Assembly (NCBI RefSeq): GCF_009914755.1
Contig: NC_060938.1
DNA length: 64,000 nt
Strand: one strand, 5' to 3'
DNA from: the human T2T-CHM13v2.0 reference genome, Homo sapiens
Below the pieces are notes generated by a model. The model saw nothing but the letters and a program-made list of their open reading frames with translations. It ran no database searches and was not told the origin of the DNA. Positions 1-51,210 of this stretch are shown one piece after another. How positions within the stretch are numbered: the first letter of the stretch is position 1; every line of letters begins with the position of its first letter. The position numbers and the translations under genes were made by a program.

Positions 1-624
1 GGTATCTAAACCTTAATTCTTTTCCCTTAGAGTATTTATTTTATCCATCTCATCTCCATCCCCTGCCACCATCACTATTCATTTTATATTTATAGCAAGA
101 CATCAAAACTATATCAGCTTTGAATAAGCATGGTTCCATAAATTAGAGCCCAGTGGTATCTGTTCTCTGCCTATTCCTCAGTGCTGCCTTCGTACTCTTC
201 TTCTACGCAGCTCTTACAATTACAATTTATTAATAAAACACAAACTCTTGATGACACATTAGAATAGGAAGTTTGCGTTTGTTCCTAATATTAAGTTTTT
301 GAATTGTACTTTTATTGGAAGCCGAAATGTAAAGCCATTGCAAATGATAGCACTTCTTTAGCAAATGCATGCGTTCTTTCATTTATTTTAAAATTCACAT
401 TTATGCAGATATTGAGCTGGTGTAAGTAGCTGTGCCTCTGGAAGTATTTTGTTAACTTGTCAAGAAATAATCCATTTATTCTACCTCCCCGTATGATATT
501 AAGTGCATTATTACATAGTCTTACTACTTACTTTGTATTTGCTTTACCCTTGTAAACTAAAGGTAATAGAGGAGACAGTGCTGAAGGGATGATATTTAGT
601 TTAAATGGCATTTAAGGCTTATTC

Positions 625-925
625 TTTTTTTTTTTTTTCTTCTTGAGACAGAGTCTTCCTCTGTTGCCCAGGCTGGAGTTCAGTAGCACTATCTTGGCTC
701 ACTGTATCCTCCACCTCCCAGGTTAAAGCCATTCTCGTGCCTCAGTCTCCTGAGTAGCTGGGACTACAGGCATATGCCACCATGCTCCGCTGATTTTTGT
801 ATTTTTAGCAGAGACGGGGTTTTGCAATATTAGCCAGGCTGGTCTTGAACTCCTGGCCTTAAGTGATCTGCCTGCCTCGGCCTCCCAAAGTGCTGGGATT
901 ACAGATGTGAGCCACTGTGCCCAGC
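625..925 (-). mobile_element. Alu (AluS/J-type), full length
   Basis: Antisense Alu consensus, poly-T, target-site duplication taaggcttatt at 613-623 and 926-936. Confidence 0.95.
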
Positions 926-2639
926 TAAGGCTTATTTTTGTCTTATTTCCTTTTCTGGTATAGCTTACAAAAAAGATATGATACCAATTATAAGATTTCT
1001 CTCCCCCCACCCTCCCTTACCATCTCTGAAATAAGAATGTATCTTGTAGTCTCTGGTTACAGTTTAGTTGTTTAGTTGGCAACATTTTTAATTTTTACTG
1101 TTAAATAGCAGTGGTGAGATATAACATTGGTGACTTGGATTAGATAAAATGTAATAGATTTTTGTGTGTGTGTTCTTACTTGGAAAAGCAGAGTATAGTT
1201 TCTGTGTGTTAGTTACCAGAGATTTTTGAAATGCTGATAACCAGTGTATGAAGTTTTAAACTTTAAAATTAACTTCATGGAGGTAAAACAAATGCTTAGA
1301 AACTTCTGAAACTGTCCTAGAATTCTTATATTCTAGTAGTATCCAGGTGCTGGCGACTCTTATTTAAACAGAAAACTTCTGTTCTTTGCTAAAAATGGTA
1401 TTTTCCATCATTAGATAAAAGTAAAACCACCAGCCTTAAATTTTTCTTTTCCTTTAAAATCATGTAATACCTTGAGAAATGCCATTGTAATACCTTATGT
1501 AAAATTCCCAATCATATTTATGAAAGTTAATATTATTACTATCTTATTAAGTCAGCCTTTTATTATAATGTTTCTACGTACTTTTAGATGTTTTGTTAAA
1601 GTGACAACTTTTAGTATGAGATGTGCTTTTGTTATGAAGAATAATTCACAGGATAAAATTTTATAGCCACATTTTTTGATTTATTTAAAAGAATTATTTG
1701 ATAAGGGGGAAACTCATTTTGTGATACTAATTTAAGATCTGTTGGGTAATTCTTAGAATTGTTCTTCTGACTCTGAAAGCTTTTTATTAATAGTCTAGAA
1801 AGCATATGACTGAGGTTTTGGTTATAGTTGAGACTTCTTTCATCTTGGCAGACAAAGAATCATTTCTGTGGCTTTTCCTCTAGTCGTTTTTATTGTTGCT
1901 GCTAGTGAAAGAAGAGAAAAGATTGGTATAATCTTAATTTCTGTCATTTCCACTTTTCTTTAACCCCTTTCTATCCCACAGTCAGAATTCCAAGTGACAG
2001 TTGAGAGATTGAACAGTTTAGTTATGTAAAAATTTCAGTCCTTTTACCCCATGGATTTTTATTCTGGAGGAAAAGATTGAGCGTATAAAAGCAGAAACCA
2101 ATAATGGTGCCAAGTTGTTGTTTCTTCAGGTGTAGGAAGCAGAAAGACAACAGGTACCAAGTAAGTTAACCTGTTGATACCCTAAAGGAGGGAAGGCTGC
2201 ATTTGGATTTAGGCTTGCAGATGGTCAGATAATGCAAATAAATCATTTACTAATATTTCATTTACTCAGAATAAGACTTTTTTTTTTTTTTTTTTTGCTG
2301 TGGGGGAGCACATTTTGACTTTTAGTGAAGGAGCAGCATGACATTCTTATTCCAGTAGATTTTTAAGATTCAGTGATCAAGATTATTAAGTGAAAACTAT
2401 AAGAAGTTTCTTCTTTTTGCCCTACTGCCTTGTTAAATTGTATTGCAGAATATATTGTATATGGTTTAGTTTTGGAAATCATCTAGGGGAGGAAACAGTA
2501 GGATTGGATTAAACCAATAAAGTATGAAGTAAAGTAAAAATGTTGGAGGAGATGCAAACTAAGCTGAGTCAGGTTTATGCAATAGAGTATTTGATGAGCT
2601 GCAGACCAAGAATACTTTCTAAACTGGAACTTCATTAAA

Positions 2640-3190
2640 AAAAATTCATCAAATACTTATTTACTAGTTGAGTATATGCTAGTTGCTTACCTACATGCTG
2701 AGGTTGCAGAGATGAATGAGACTTGATTCTTGCCCTCCTAATATGGAGATAGATATGTTAAACAGAAAGTTATGGTGAATGAAGTTTCTGAACTCTATAC
2801 AGGTTTAGAGGAAGAGATAATGCATTCTATTAATATTTGAAGGAGGTGGGGAGGTAACACAGGGAACAACTAAACCTCGTTTTGAAAAATGAGCATGAAT
2901 TTGCCAAAGAGCTAAGAGACAGTCCAGGCTGAGGGAATACAATGTTCAAAGACATGACAGTGTGGCAAGATTGGCATATTCAGAGTATTGGTATATTGCA
3001 GAAGTACAAAATACAGGAAGGATGTAAGGAGTAGAGAAAGATTTGCTAAGACCTAATTATGAAGGGCTTTGTATGCTGTGTCAGGACCATGAACCTGATG
3101 CAGCATGTGGGTAAGCCACTAAAGAGTGTTGCAAGGATAAATGAGCATTTAGCCTAACATTTTAGAAAGAATACTCTGGTAGGTAGGAGT
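2640..3190 (+). mobile_element. Probable degenerate L2 fragment
   Basis: L2-like tracts (attcatcaaatacttattt...; gaagggctttgtatgc...agccact); edges and orientation approximate. Confidence 0.45.
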
Positions 3191-4104
3191 AACTAAAGGT
3201 ACAATACAGTAAATGGTTAAGGTGCAGGTAACTTAGACTTAATAGTGTTATGTCTTTTTGTGAGATGGCATTCATTGAAAATATAGATGGACAAAAGCCA
3301 TCTTCATGAATGATTTAAAGGCTTAATGCATGATTTGTTTTTCATAGTATAAACCTGATTTAATGTACTTTTGACAACTCCTATTTCCCTTCTCATGTTT
3401 GGATTATTTTTTCCCATTGGGAAGTTTTTTCCTGTGCCTCCTACAAAACAATTCTTATGAACTAGAAGCAGAGAGAAGAATTAGGGTATTATGATATTTG
3501 AGATGAGTAAGCTGAGGGCCAAAACTTAGGCATTAAAGAGAAGGGTTTAATTTCATAAATATGTACAGAGTGGAATTTTAGGACTTGGATAGGGCAGTGG
3601 AAAAATTAATATCATTTGTAAAAAATGATTGTAATAAGATTGGGAAAAACAAAAAAATGGGAAAAAAGTAAGAAACTAGCAAGATTGGGAAAGAGGTGCA
3701 CAGAAGAGAATGTTCTAGGAGAAAGACCCTAAATCTTTTTGGTCAGGCTGCTTGGCTGTCTGAAGATAAGGGAAGATAAGGGAATACTGAGGGAGAAATC
3801 CCACTTTGGACATAAGATAAATTTTAACATTGGGGACTTGTGTGTGTACCAGAGGATGCCAGGAGAAGTTTCAAAGGGGACTCATCTTACATGTCATGTT
3901 CTAATGCTTTATAAATAGAATGTATTCCTGTTGCTTTTGCAATTTACAATCAGTTTTAAAACATTTTATATCTTGATCTGGTTGGTAGTTACATAATATC
4001 TATCTACCAAAATTCACTGAGCTGTGAACAGGATTTATGCACTTGTCTACGTAAATGTTACACCTTAGTATAGAAAAAAAATCAATTAAAAGAGCCCATG
4101 TTTG

Positions 4105-4328
4105 TCTGTCTTTCTTTCTTTCTTCCTTTTTTTCCTTTCTTTCCTTCCTTTCCTTTCCTTTTCCTTTTCCTTTTCCTTTTCCTTTCCTTTCCTTTCCTTT
4201 CCTTTCCTTTCCTTTCCTTTCCTTTCCTTTCCTTTCCTTTCCTTTCCTTTCCTTTCCTTTCCTTCTCTCTTTCTCTCTCTTTCTCTTTCTCTTTCCTTCT
4301 CTTTTCTTCTTTTCTTTCTTTTTTTTTG
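4105..4328. repeat. (TTTCC)n / CT-rich simple repeat
   Basis: Long cctttcctttc array with TC/TTTC flanks. Confidence 0.97.
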
Positions 4329-4689
4329 GACTTGCGAGGTCTTAGAGTCTGGATTCTTTGTATTTGAAGAATTGAATTAATGTAAAGGAAGTGAGGCAGA
4401 TTGTCTTAAGGTTATCTTTTCTAGTGATTAAGATTTTTTTCATAAGATACTAATTCATTTTGCCAGCCCATTTTACACTGCTACTTTTTCTGTGTCTCTT
4501 GTGTAGATGTATCTCTTTGTTTTGTGTTTTCTGAATTTTTTAATTATCAAGTCTTCAGATAAGTTATTGTCCTAAATTTTGTATCTATTTAATAACCCTA
4601 AACAATTTTCACAAAATTACATTTCTCATCTGGTTTTACTTCATGCAAATTTGGTAAAGTTAAACTTTTTTTGGTGATTTTTATTTTAG

Positions 4690-41814
<37,125 letters not shown>

Positions 41815-41819
<5 letters not shown>

Positions 41820-42300
41820 AGTAATTGGGAAACTGTTCATTTGAGGATAAAAAAGGCATTGTATTATATTTTGCCAAATTAAAGCCTTATTTATGTTTTC
41901 ACCCTTTCTACTTTGTCAGAAACACTGAACAGAGTTTTGTCTTTTCTAATCCTTGTTAGACTACTGATTTAAAGAAGGAAAAAAAAAAGCCAACTCTGTA
42001 GACACCTTCAGAGTTTAGTTTTATAATAAAAACTGTTTGAATAATTAGACCTTTACATTCCTGAAGATAAACATGTAATCTTTTATCTTATTTTGCTCAA
42101 TAAAATTGTTCAGAAGATCAAAGTGGTAAAGACAATGTAAAATTTAACATTTTAATACTGATGTTGTACACTGTTTTACTTAACATTTTGGGAAGTAACT
42201 GCCTCTGACTTCAACTCAAGAAAACACTTTTTTGTTGCTAATGTAATCGGTTTTTGTAATGGCGTCAGCAAATAAAAGGATGCTTATTATTCAAACTTGA
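41815..42300 (+). other. KTN1: KTN1 terminal exon: last 2 coding nt, TGA (41817-41819) and AU-rich 3' UTR; 3' end approximate
   Basis: ctttctgatcttttacag|AGTGA; AATAAA hexamers downstream. Confidence 0.9.
42271..42276 (+). terminator. Distal polyadenylation signal AATAAA (others at 42025-42030 and 42099-42104)
   Basis: AATAAA with two upstream TGTA motifs and downstream T-rich sequence (cttgttctaattttt). Confidence 0.75.
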
Positions 42301-42647
42301 CTTGTTCTAATTTTTATTGAGCTTTAACAGATTTCATTAGTAGTACAGATCATTGTAATTTAGAATACAGCTATTAATTGGCAACCATTCAACAAGATAG
42401 GTTTATGTAGCCTCTGTAACCTTTCTAACTGATGCTCTGGGTCCTCTTCAGTTTGGTCCAATGTAAAGTGCCCCAGGAGTGCTGGGGTTTCAGAAAGGAC
42501 AGAGCAAGCATTTAGGATTTCAGACTAAACACCCACACTTCAGGTAGAGGAGCTCTATTTTTACCATTACTATTTTTTTTTGAAGTAATAATAATTAACT
42601 GTTAGTTTTCTTTTTCAGGCACGGTTACACAGTTTACATGTGTTATC

Positions 42648-42940
42648 TTTTTTGTTGTTGTTGTTGTTGTTACTGTTTTTTTGATACAGAGTCTCACTCT
42701 GTTGTCCACGCAGGAGTGCATTGGCACTATCTGGGCTTACTGCAACCTCCACCTCCCGGTTCAAGCAATTCTCATGTAGCTGGGATTACAGGCGCCTGCC
42801 GCCATGCCTGGCTAATTTTTGTATTTTTAGTAGAAAGAGTTTTTCACCTTGTTGGCCAGGCTGGTCTCGAACTGCTGACCTCAAGTGATCCACCCATCCC
42901 AAAGTGCTCGGATTACCGGTGTGAGCCACTGTGCCCAGCC
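42648..42940 (-). mobile_element. AluS with small deletions
   Basis: Antisense Alu with (TTG)n tail. Confidence 0.9.
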
Positions 42941-43084
42941 AATGAAAGTTTTTTTAATAATTTGTTAAAAACACTTCAGATGCTAAATAACCACTGAGAA
43001 ATATCTTGTGCCATTGAGTACTAAAGTACCCATTAGGCTGCACTGTGGTCATCTTGTTATTTTTGTGCACATAACAGTCATGCT

Positions 43085-43405
43085 TCTGTCATGGGGCCTC
43101 TGCATTTTCTGTTCTCTGGGCTTGGAACTCTCCTCTGGTGTGTCAGCTTTGGCTTGCTCCTTCACTATGTTGAAATCTGCTTAAATGTCACCCTTCTAAT
43201 TAAGTCTTTCCTGACTGTCCGCTATCCTTCTGCCCTCCCTATTCTGCCTTATTGTCTGTCATACTTGATTTCTACTCTCCTTGTTCCCACCAGTAAGTAA
43301 GCTCCACAAGGACAAGAAACATCTCTTTGGTTCTTTGCTGTATCTGTAGCCTGAGACAGTGCCTGATACTTCATTGTGCTCAACTATTTAAATGAGTGAA
43401 TGGAT
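43085..43405. mobile_element. L2 3' fragment
   Basis: taagctccacaaggacaag...acagtgcctg...gctcaacta...aatgagtgaatg. Confidence 0.65.
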
Positions 43406-45139
43406 AAAATTCATTTTTGGAGGTTGAAGATTATCTAAAGTGGTGCTTCCTTACCTTTTCACTTCACTGCACATATAGTATTTCTAAGGCATATAGAAAT
43501 CAACTGAAGTGACTTCTTATGGCCAGTGAGGACTGGTGTGGGGATTCAAGCTACCTTTTTCTACCTTTGCTGCTTTCAGCAAATCCTTGGGAAATTGATC
43601 TGAAGGCCAGATACTACATCATCAGCCTCTTTCCTTTGTCCTTTCCCATTGCCTAAAGGTGCTCATGTTGCTGCCACCTGTAACGAACAAATTCTGCCTT
43701 CCAAGTTACAGTGTCTTCTTGCTACTCTTTCTCTCTTCAGAGCTAAGTTCCTCAGAATAATTGTGTAATTCTATTATTTTTTCAACCTTTCTGTATGTTT
43801 GAATTAAAAAAAATAAATTTCAAAGGACTCTGGGGACACAGTCCAGTCTCCTGTCAGTTTGTATCCCTTCCCTCAACATCTCAACCTTACAGTCATTCAT
43901 CTTTTGCCTCTGAAGTAGCAGGAAGTTCATAACATTGCCTTTTCTAACTTGACAGCTGTAACTGTTAATGGTTCTTCTATGACATTATTAAAAGTTGTGT
44001 CCCTGATACTTGCATCAATCTGTCCTTTCTCACTACAGAATCACATAGGAAAATCTTATCACACTCTCAGTGATTGTTCAGATATGCAAAGATAATTCTG
44101 TGCTCTACGTTCATTCCCCTTACAGTTAAATATTCGCAGCTCCTTAGTTGCACTGAGTGATTAAAGGCCAAACTAGCCTCCTTGCCTCAATCCCCGACTG
44201 TCCACCTTCTCCCAGTATATTACAAACCTATCTCCAGGAGAGGAAGGGAGCATCAGAAGAGAAGGAATTCTGTGTCATCAAACTCAAATGGCTCTCCTTG
44301 CCACCATCACAGTCAACTGAGGCAGAAAGCCCCAAGAAAATTACACATTGAAGGAAGCTTACAGGAAGAGAATAAAGAATAGTCAGGGGCAGACTTCTTG
44401 ATCCCCCAAAAGAGAAGAGAGAGACGTGGAAGGGAGGAGTGGGGATGCCTGTGAAGCCGGCCATACCCTTGGGTTTGGCGTAGGAAAACTAATTCATTTC
44501 CTGGAGGTAGTGATATTGTGTAAAGCATCGAGGCTTGAGCTGCCTTGCATGCGTTTCACTCTAGCTGCAAGAGGCTATGTGGTGTATAGCTGTGGGCAAT
44601 AGCTGTGTTGCTCACAGAGTTAGAGCTAGATTTTTCATGTGTCTTGCATCCCGGGACAGAGACTGCATATGGGCACCTGCCACTTGTGGAATCTGCCCAG
44701 GATGAGATGTAGGGAGAAGCAGTTACCACCAGAAGGAGGCTGCAGTTATACCCTCGTTTGTTAAGACACGTTTGTCCCTTGACCTCATTCATTTGGGTCC
44801 CCAGAAAAGGAAGGGCAAAGGAAGAATGAAAGAAAAGACGATTCCTTGTTGACATTATTAAAGCCAGGGGGCAGATGGGAGATGGGTTATTACACTGGGT
44901 TGGACTGGACTTGTATTAACCGAAGTTACAGAACAGCTTTTGGGTCTGCTTAGGATGTGCAGAAGAGGGAGACTCCGCAAAGCAGAGTTGAAGACTATGG
45001 TTGGGAAAGGACACTAACTTGTTAGGCTGTTCTGCAACCTGGGTGGTAGATTTTTTTTTCTTGACTACATTTTTGTCATTTTTATTTTCCTAGAAAATCT
45101 GGCCATTTCATATTTGTTGGCAGAGTTCTACAAGGCAGC

Positions 45140-45365
45140 CAACATACCACTTGTACAACCTATCACATGCCAGATGTTTTTTAAGCAGTTACGTTAGTTC
45201 ATTTAATCTTCCCTAGAATTTAACTGGCCAGGGGGTTGTGCTTTCATCATCTTCATTTTATAGATAAGGAAACTGAGGCACAGGGAGGATAATTAAATTA
45301 AGGTCTCACAGCTACTAAGTAGAGGAACCAGGTTTCCAACCTCCAACCTAAGCTGTCTGGCTTGA
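45140..45365 (-). mobile_element. MIR
   Basis: cattttatagataaggaaactgaggcaca core. Confidence 0.75.
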
Positions 45366-45995
45366 TTGCCTTATTTATACTCATAAAAAAAATTTTTTTT
45401 ATATATGTATGCATTTATAAATGTGAGTGTAATTATATAAATTACTGGAGTAATTTTTAAAATTAGACTATACATAGTCTGATAATTTTTAAATTTACTC
45501 ATTTTTTTCCCTCCATTTGTTCCTGTTGTTAAGGTGCCTTCTCTCATTTTGTCTTGATTCTACTTTGCAAGGGATTGCCTACCTTTGTGGTTCTCAAAAG
45601 TATGGTTTGCAGTCCACTGGGAATCTCCAAGACCCTTTCTAGGAGTTTGCAAGGTCAAACTTAATTTTCATAATAAGACGTTATTTGCCTTTTTCACCAT
45701 ATTGAATCTGCGCTGAATGGTACCTCAGCAAGTGTTAAAAGCAGTGGCTTCCAATTGTTTGTTTGTTACTGTATTTACACCACTACTCATCCCAGTAAAA
45801 GTCCTACTACAATATCAAAGTCACCTAAGAATGTCTTCTGATGAGATCAGTAGTGATGGTAATGAATGTGATTTTGTGATATGTGTAATGAAGTGTGTAA
45901 ACATTTGGAAGATCTGTATAACTCAGTGAACCAGTATTTTCCAAATTATCAATGCACAGTGTTACAAAGTCATGCATGGGTGAAAAATCCCTTCA

Positions 45996-46201
<206 letters not shown>

Positions 46202-46459
46202 TTAATGTAACAGTGCAAAAAGTTCATTGATATCATTTCAGACTCCATATTGTGGTTAATCTTTAATAAATTACCACTTGAGTTTGGCTGTAGCATTAAA
46301 GAACATCCACAGTTGTCTGAAATGGCTGCCTTTTTTCCAAGGATATGTCTGTGTGAGGCCAGATTTTTTTCATATACTTCAACTAAAACAACATATCACA
46401 ACAGATTGAATTCAGAAGCAGTTGCCTTCTATTAGGCCAGGAATTAAAGAGATTTACAA

Positions 46460-46585
46460 GGCCGGGTGCAGTGGCTCATGACTCATTACAGCACTATGGA
46501 AGGCCGGAGTGGGAGGATCCCTTGAGGAGGCCAGGAGTTCAAGAGCAGCCTAGGCAACATAGGGAGACCCCTTCCCTACAAAAAA
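46460..46585 (+). mobile_element. FLAM / Alu left monomer
   Basis: ggccgggtgcagtggctca...aggagttcaagagcagcctaggcaacata. Confidence 0.8.
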
Positions 46586-48193
46586 GATTTGCAAATATGT
46601 AAAGTCATGCCACTCTTCTCATTATATCTTTTGAGTTTTGGAAAATGAAGTTATAGTTCATGAAAATATGTTCATTATATTGTTATTTTAAATTAGTAAA
46701 CTTCCAATTTTCTTGGTTTTAATTTCTAGTACGTTGAATATTGATAGAAATAAGATTTTAAGTCTAAAGCAGTTCTGAGATCAAAAACGAGTCACTGGTC
46801 TGGCATGTTGGTTTATTTTTCCAACAGTTTTAAATTATATTGGACAACTTAGCACATGTTTTATGTATTTTGTTTTATATTCAATTCATTTATGTTTTTA
46901 TACTTTTTTTATTTTCTTTGCCAACTTACCTGTAAATTTTAATTCATTTATTTTCAGTTCCTGTTTTCTAATAATTTAGGCTATACATTTTCCTCTGGAC
47001 TTCTTTACCTGCACCTCAGATTTTGATATATAGGTATTTTGTTAGTCTTCCAGTTTTTAATTTTTTTAAATTGTGAATATTTCAAACATATAGAAAAGCA
47101 TAGAAAATAAGAGAAAAAGTCTGTGTTCCTCCACCTTCTGTTCGCTTGAATTTTTTAAATAAAAGAAAACATTAGCTACAGTTGAAACATCTTGTATAAC
47201 CCCCATCAAATTTCCCTGCATTTTCAGAGGTAGCCACTGCACTGAAGCTGAGATTTATCATTTAATTTCATGTTATTATCAATACCATAGGTAGGTATCC
47301 ATAACTAATGTAATACTATTTTGCATGTTTTCAAAATTTATACAAATCATTCTGCCATTTGCGTTATTCATTCAATATTAACTTTAAAATTTATTCATTT
47401 TGAACTAAGAATATGCCACAATTTATACATTCCCACTTTCAGCTGGGCTTTCTTTAAGCTTTTTTATTTTTTTTGGAGTGTGTTATATATTTTTCACATG
47501 TGTAGATTTTTAAAGGATCCTTTTCTAATATTGCATTTTTGTCAGTGAATATGACCTATATGACACCAATTTCCTGAATTTGTGGAGAGTTCAGAAAGAA
47601 ATTATAAACCAAAAAAGAAATTTATTTAGTCTTGGTTTAGAATAAGAATGTGTCAACAAGAATGTGAAGCTTTGGCAGGAAATGATTTCATTATCTGAAA
47701 GTTTGAGTTTTCAGGTTACTATACCAGACTGGTTGTTACCCTCTTCAGTTAAAAAATAAGAGGGAGTTGGGGAATATTTATTTTCCAGTGACCTCAGAAC
47801 ATAGGAAACAGAATCAAACAGGTGGGGAAAGGTCTTATTTAGATTTGCATTTCTGCGTTGTCTCTTGCTTTTGCTATGAAGAATCTAGCAGTTACGAGTT
47901 TATGAGTCAATAGCAGGTTCTTCCTGAGCTATTCAATACAGAGTTCTTGGGATTTCATCCAGTGCCAAACACAAAGTTCCTATTTAGTGAATGCAGTATT
48001 CATTTCAAAATATATAAAATATGTTACTGTTGAGTTAATCCACAGACTATAGTTACAGGAAATGGAAATTTGCTTACTTATGTTGATGAATTGTGTTGGT
48101 AAGTTCCATTGCCACCTAAATTGTGCAGGCTTATCAAACCTCTGCATCTAGTTTTTCTCCTTGCTAGCTATGTAAATAAAATTAAAATGTGAC

Positions 48194-48599
48194 CGTGTTA
48201 GTCATTTCTTGCATTGCTAAAAAGAAATACCCATGGCAGGGTAATGTATAAGGAAAAGCTTAATTGGCTCATGGTTCTGCAGGCTGTACAGAAAGCAGGG
48301 TGCTGGCATCTGCTTCTGATGAGACTTCAGGAAGCCTGTAATCATGGCAGAAAGCAAAGGGGGAGCCGGAGTATTGCATGGCAAGCAGGAGCAAGAGAGA
48401 AGGGGAAGGGACTGTGCACTTTTAACAACCAGATCTCGTGTCAACTAACTGAGCAAGAACTCACTCATCATGCTAACTAAGCAAATCATGAGGGATCTGC
48501 CCCAGTGATCTGAATACCTCCTGCTAGGTAATGTAATCCCTCCACTGGGGATTACATTTCAACATGGATTTGGAGGGGACAAACATCCAAACTGTATCA
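48194..48599 (-). mobile_element. MST-type MaLR solo LTR
   Basis: MST-like sequence ending aaacatccaaactgtatca; exact 5-bp TSD gtgac on both sides. Confidence 0.85.
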
Positions 48600-49959
48600 G
48601 TGACTAGCAAATTCTAACCCAAATGCAATAATTGTTAGAGTTTTCTCTAACAATTCCTTTGTTGCCAATTATATAGTCAATATCTGTAAATGTTCCAAAC
48701 TATTGAAAGTATGCTTTATACTTGTTAAAATCAAATTTATTAATTGATAACATTCTCAGTTCCCAAACTGTGTTTCTGGTTCAGTGGGTGTGGGTTAGGG
48801 TTCAAGAATTTGCATTTCAAACAAATTCCCGGCAGCTAATGCTGCTGGTTTGGGGAACACACTGAAAGTCATGCATATGGTTTTCAATTTGCCTTTCTTC
48901 TTTTGCAATTTCTTCACAGTTTCTTATTAAATGAGTGTTCTTGTTTTCAAGGTTTTAAAATATTTACTAAGTATTTTTATACCACTTCTATAAATTCTAC
49001 AAATTTGGAGAGGAACAGAGACTGCAACATGTGTTTGGCTCCAGTTGGTGGTTCTCTTGGTGTTTCTTGATATTTTCTCATCATGTCACACAGAGAATAT
49101 TTTTTTCAGAAATAAGTCAAATTGAAGCTTTTTTCCTCTTCAGTGAATTTCTTTGTTATCCACCCTGACAAAGTCTGAATATGCATGAATGCTGTTCTCC
49201 AATTGACCAATATTATGATTTTTATCCCCTCGAAGAAGGAATTGCTTGGAATAATGTAAGATGAGACAAGTGTAAGTTTTTCCCACTTTTGGTAACAAGG
49301 ACAGGGTGGTTTACTCACCTAATACTATGAGGACAATATAGGAACCCAGGTATAAAAGTTTTTATGGAATCTTAGCCCTAATGTTCTGTTAGGTAACAGT
49401 CTCTATAGACTTAGTCTTCTGTTAGAACAGATAAATATGTCCAGTCAGATGAAACAGGTTTTTTTCCTGACAACTAATCCTGGTAACTTTCTGCCTGTAT
49501 CTGGACACCTATTTTGAATAAACTAGCTTGCATTTCCTACCCACATTTGCATGGAGAATACAGAACTTTTGCATATGTGCTGAGCACCTGGTTTTAATAT
49601 CATGAGTAGCTTTAACACATAATTGCCCCAGTTTCTGTTCACTCTCACAATGATCTAGGAGTTAACTTTACAATTTTTAACTGGATTGTGGCTGATGCCT
49701 CTATAAAGCAGTTAGCATGTATTATTAGTAATAATTACAACAACAAAATAATGGCAGTTATAATAATTGCAAACATTTATTGAGTGCTGTTTTCCAGGTA
49801 CCATGCTTAGTGTTTTAAATCCATGTTTCATTTTGCTACTGGTACGTTGGAAAGTTATCTAGAAAGTTGTATTGTTGTAGGAGTTTATTCTTTGGAGTCT
49901 TTATAGAGCTTTACAGTGCCTAAGTTGAATATTTGGTAATAACTGTTTCTTAAAATTAC

Positions 49960-51210
49960 TTTTATTTATTATTGATTTGATTGAGAATGACAGTTGTAAA
50001 ATACCTGTGAGGTATAAATAATAAGAATGCAATGAGCACTTGGTTACCTGCTATCCTATTTAAAAGAGATAATGTTACCGTTACTTTGAGTTTCCTTGGA
50101 TATCCTTTCCCAATCCCATCCAACTCTGACCACTCACAGATATAATCACAATTCCAAATTCGTGTATGTTACTCCTTTGTTTTTTGTAAGTAGTGTTTTT
50201 GTATAGGTTTACACATCCAATAGTACATTATTTAGTTTTATATGCTTTTGACCTTTACTAAGATGGATGATTAATGTCTTCTGTGATGTGCCTTTTTTGC
50301 TCAACATTATTTTATGAGAGTCATAAATATGGTTGCATATAGCTTGAGTTTCTCCTTCTTTTCCCTTTCTCTGTCCCCTCTCTTTTTTCCTCTTCCCCCT
50401 TCATCTTCCTATATAATGTTTAATTGAGGGAATATACCAAAATGTCCTTATCCATCTGTTCTAAATGGACAGTAACAGGGTCCATTTTTTAGAATATGAG
50501 CTATTGTGAATAATGGTACTATGTATATTCTGGTACGTATGTTCCTGTGTCTGAGGATAGGAGCTTTTCTAGGGCATATACCTAGGGATGGAACTTTGGC
50601 TTATGGAATATATTTTTACTAGGAACCACAAGCCTGTTTTCTATAGTGGTGGTTTTAATTTACATTTCCATAAAAAGTATGTGGGAGTTTCTATTGCTCT
50701 ATAACTTCACAACACTTGGTATTATTCTACAAATCATTTTTCTTTTGCCAATATAGTGGGAGTTAACTGAGATCTCATGGGTTGTTTTTAAACCGTTTTA
50801 TTAAAATATAATAGATGTAGAATAAATCACACATGTGTACAGTTGGATAAATTTTGCAATATGAACCACAATCAAGATAATGAATTATAAACATTACTCA
50901 CAAAAGATTTCTTGTGTACCTTTGTAACTTGTCTTCTCCCCCACTTTCCTGTCTCCAAGCAACTCCTGATAATGCTTTCTCTCTATGGTAATATGCATTT
51001 TCTAGAATCATACAGTAGGTACTTATTTTTTGTCTGACATCTTTCACTCAGCATAATAAGAATCAATAGTCCCTTTTATTTCTGAGTACATGGCATTGTA
51101 TGTATATACTACAATTGATTTATTCATTTATAGATGAATGTTTGTATTTTTCTAGTTTTTGCCTATTATAAATAAAGCTGCTATCAACATGTATATACAA
51201 GACTTGTACA
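49960..51210 (-). mobile_element. Old L1ME/MC fragments
   Basis: L1 3'-UTR-like tracts (ctttcactcagcataat, ataaataaagctgctat); edges approximate. Confidence 0.6.

Noticed and set aside
1-7. g|gtatct at the window start as the donor of the preceding KTN1 exon
   Set aside because: Plausible, but only one upstream base is visible, so it cannot be supported
4055-4380. Three overlapping Phe/Leu/Ser/Pro-rich ORFs that look like membrane peptides
   Set aside because: Translations of the (TTTCC)n repeat
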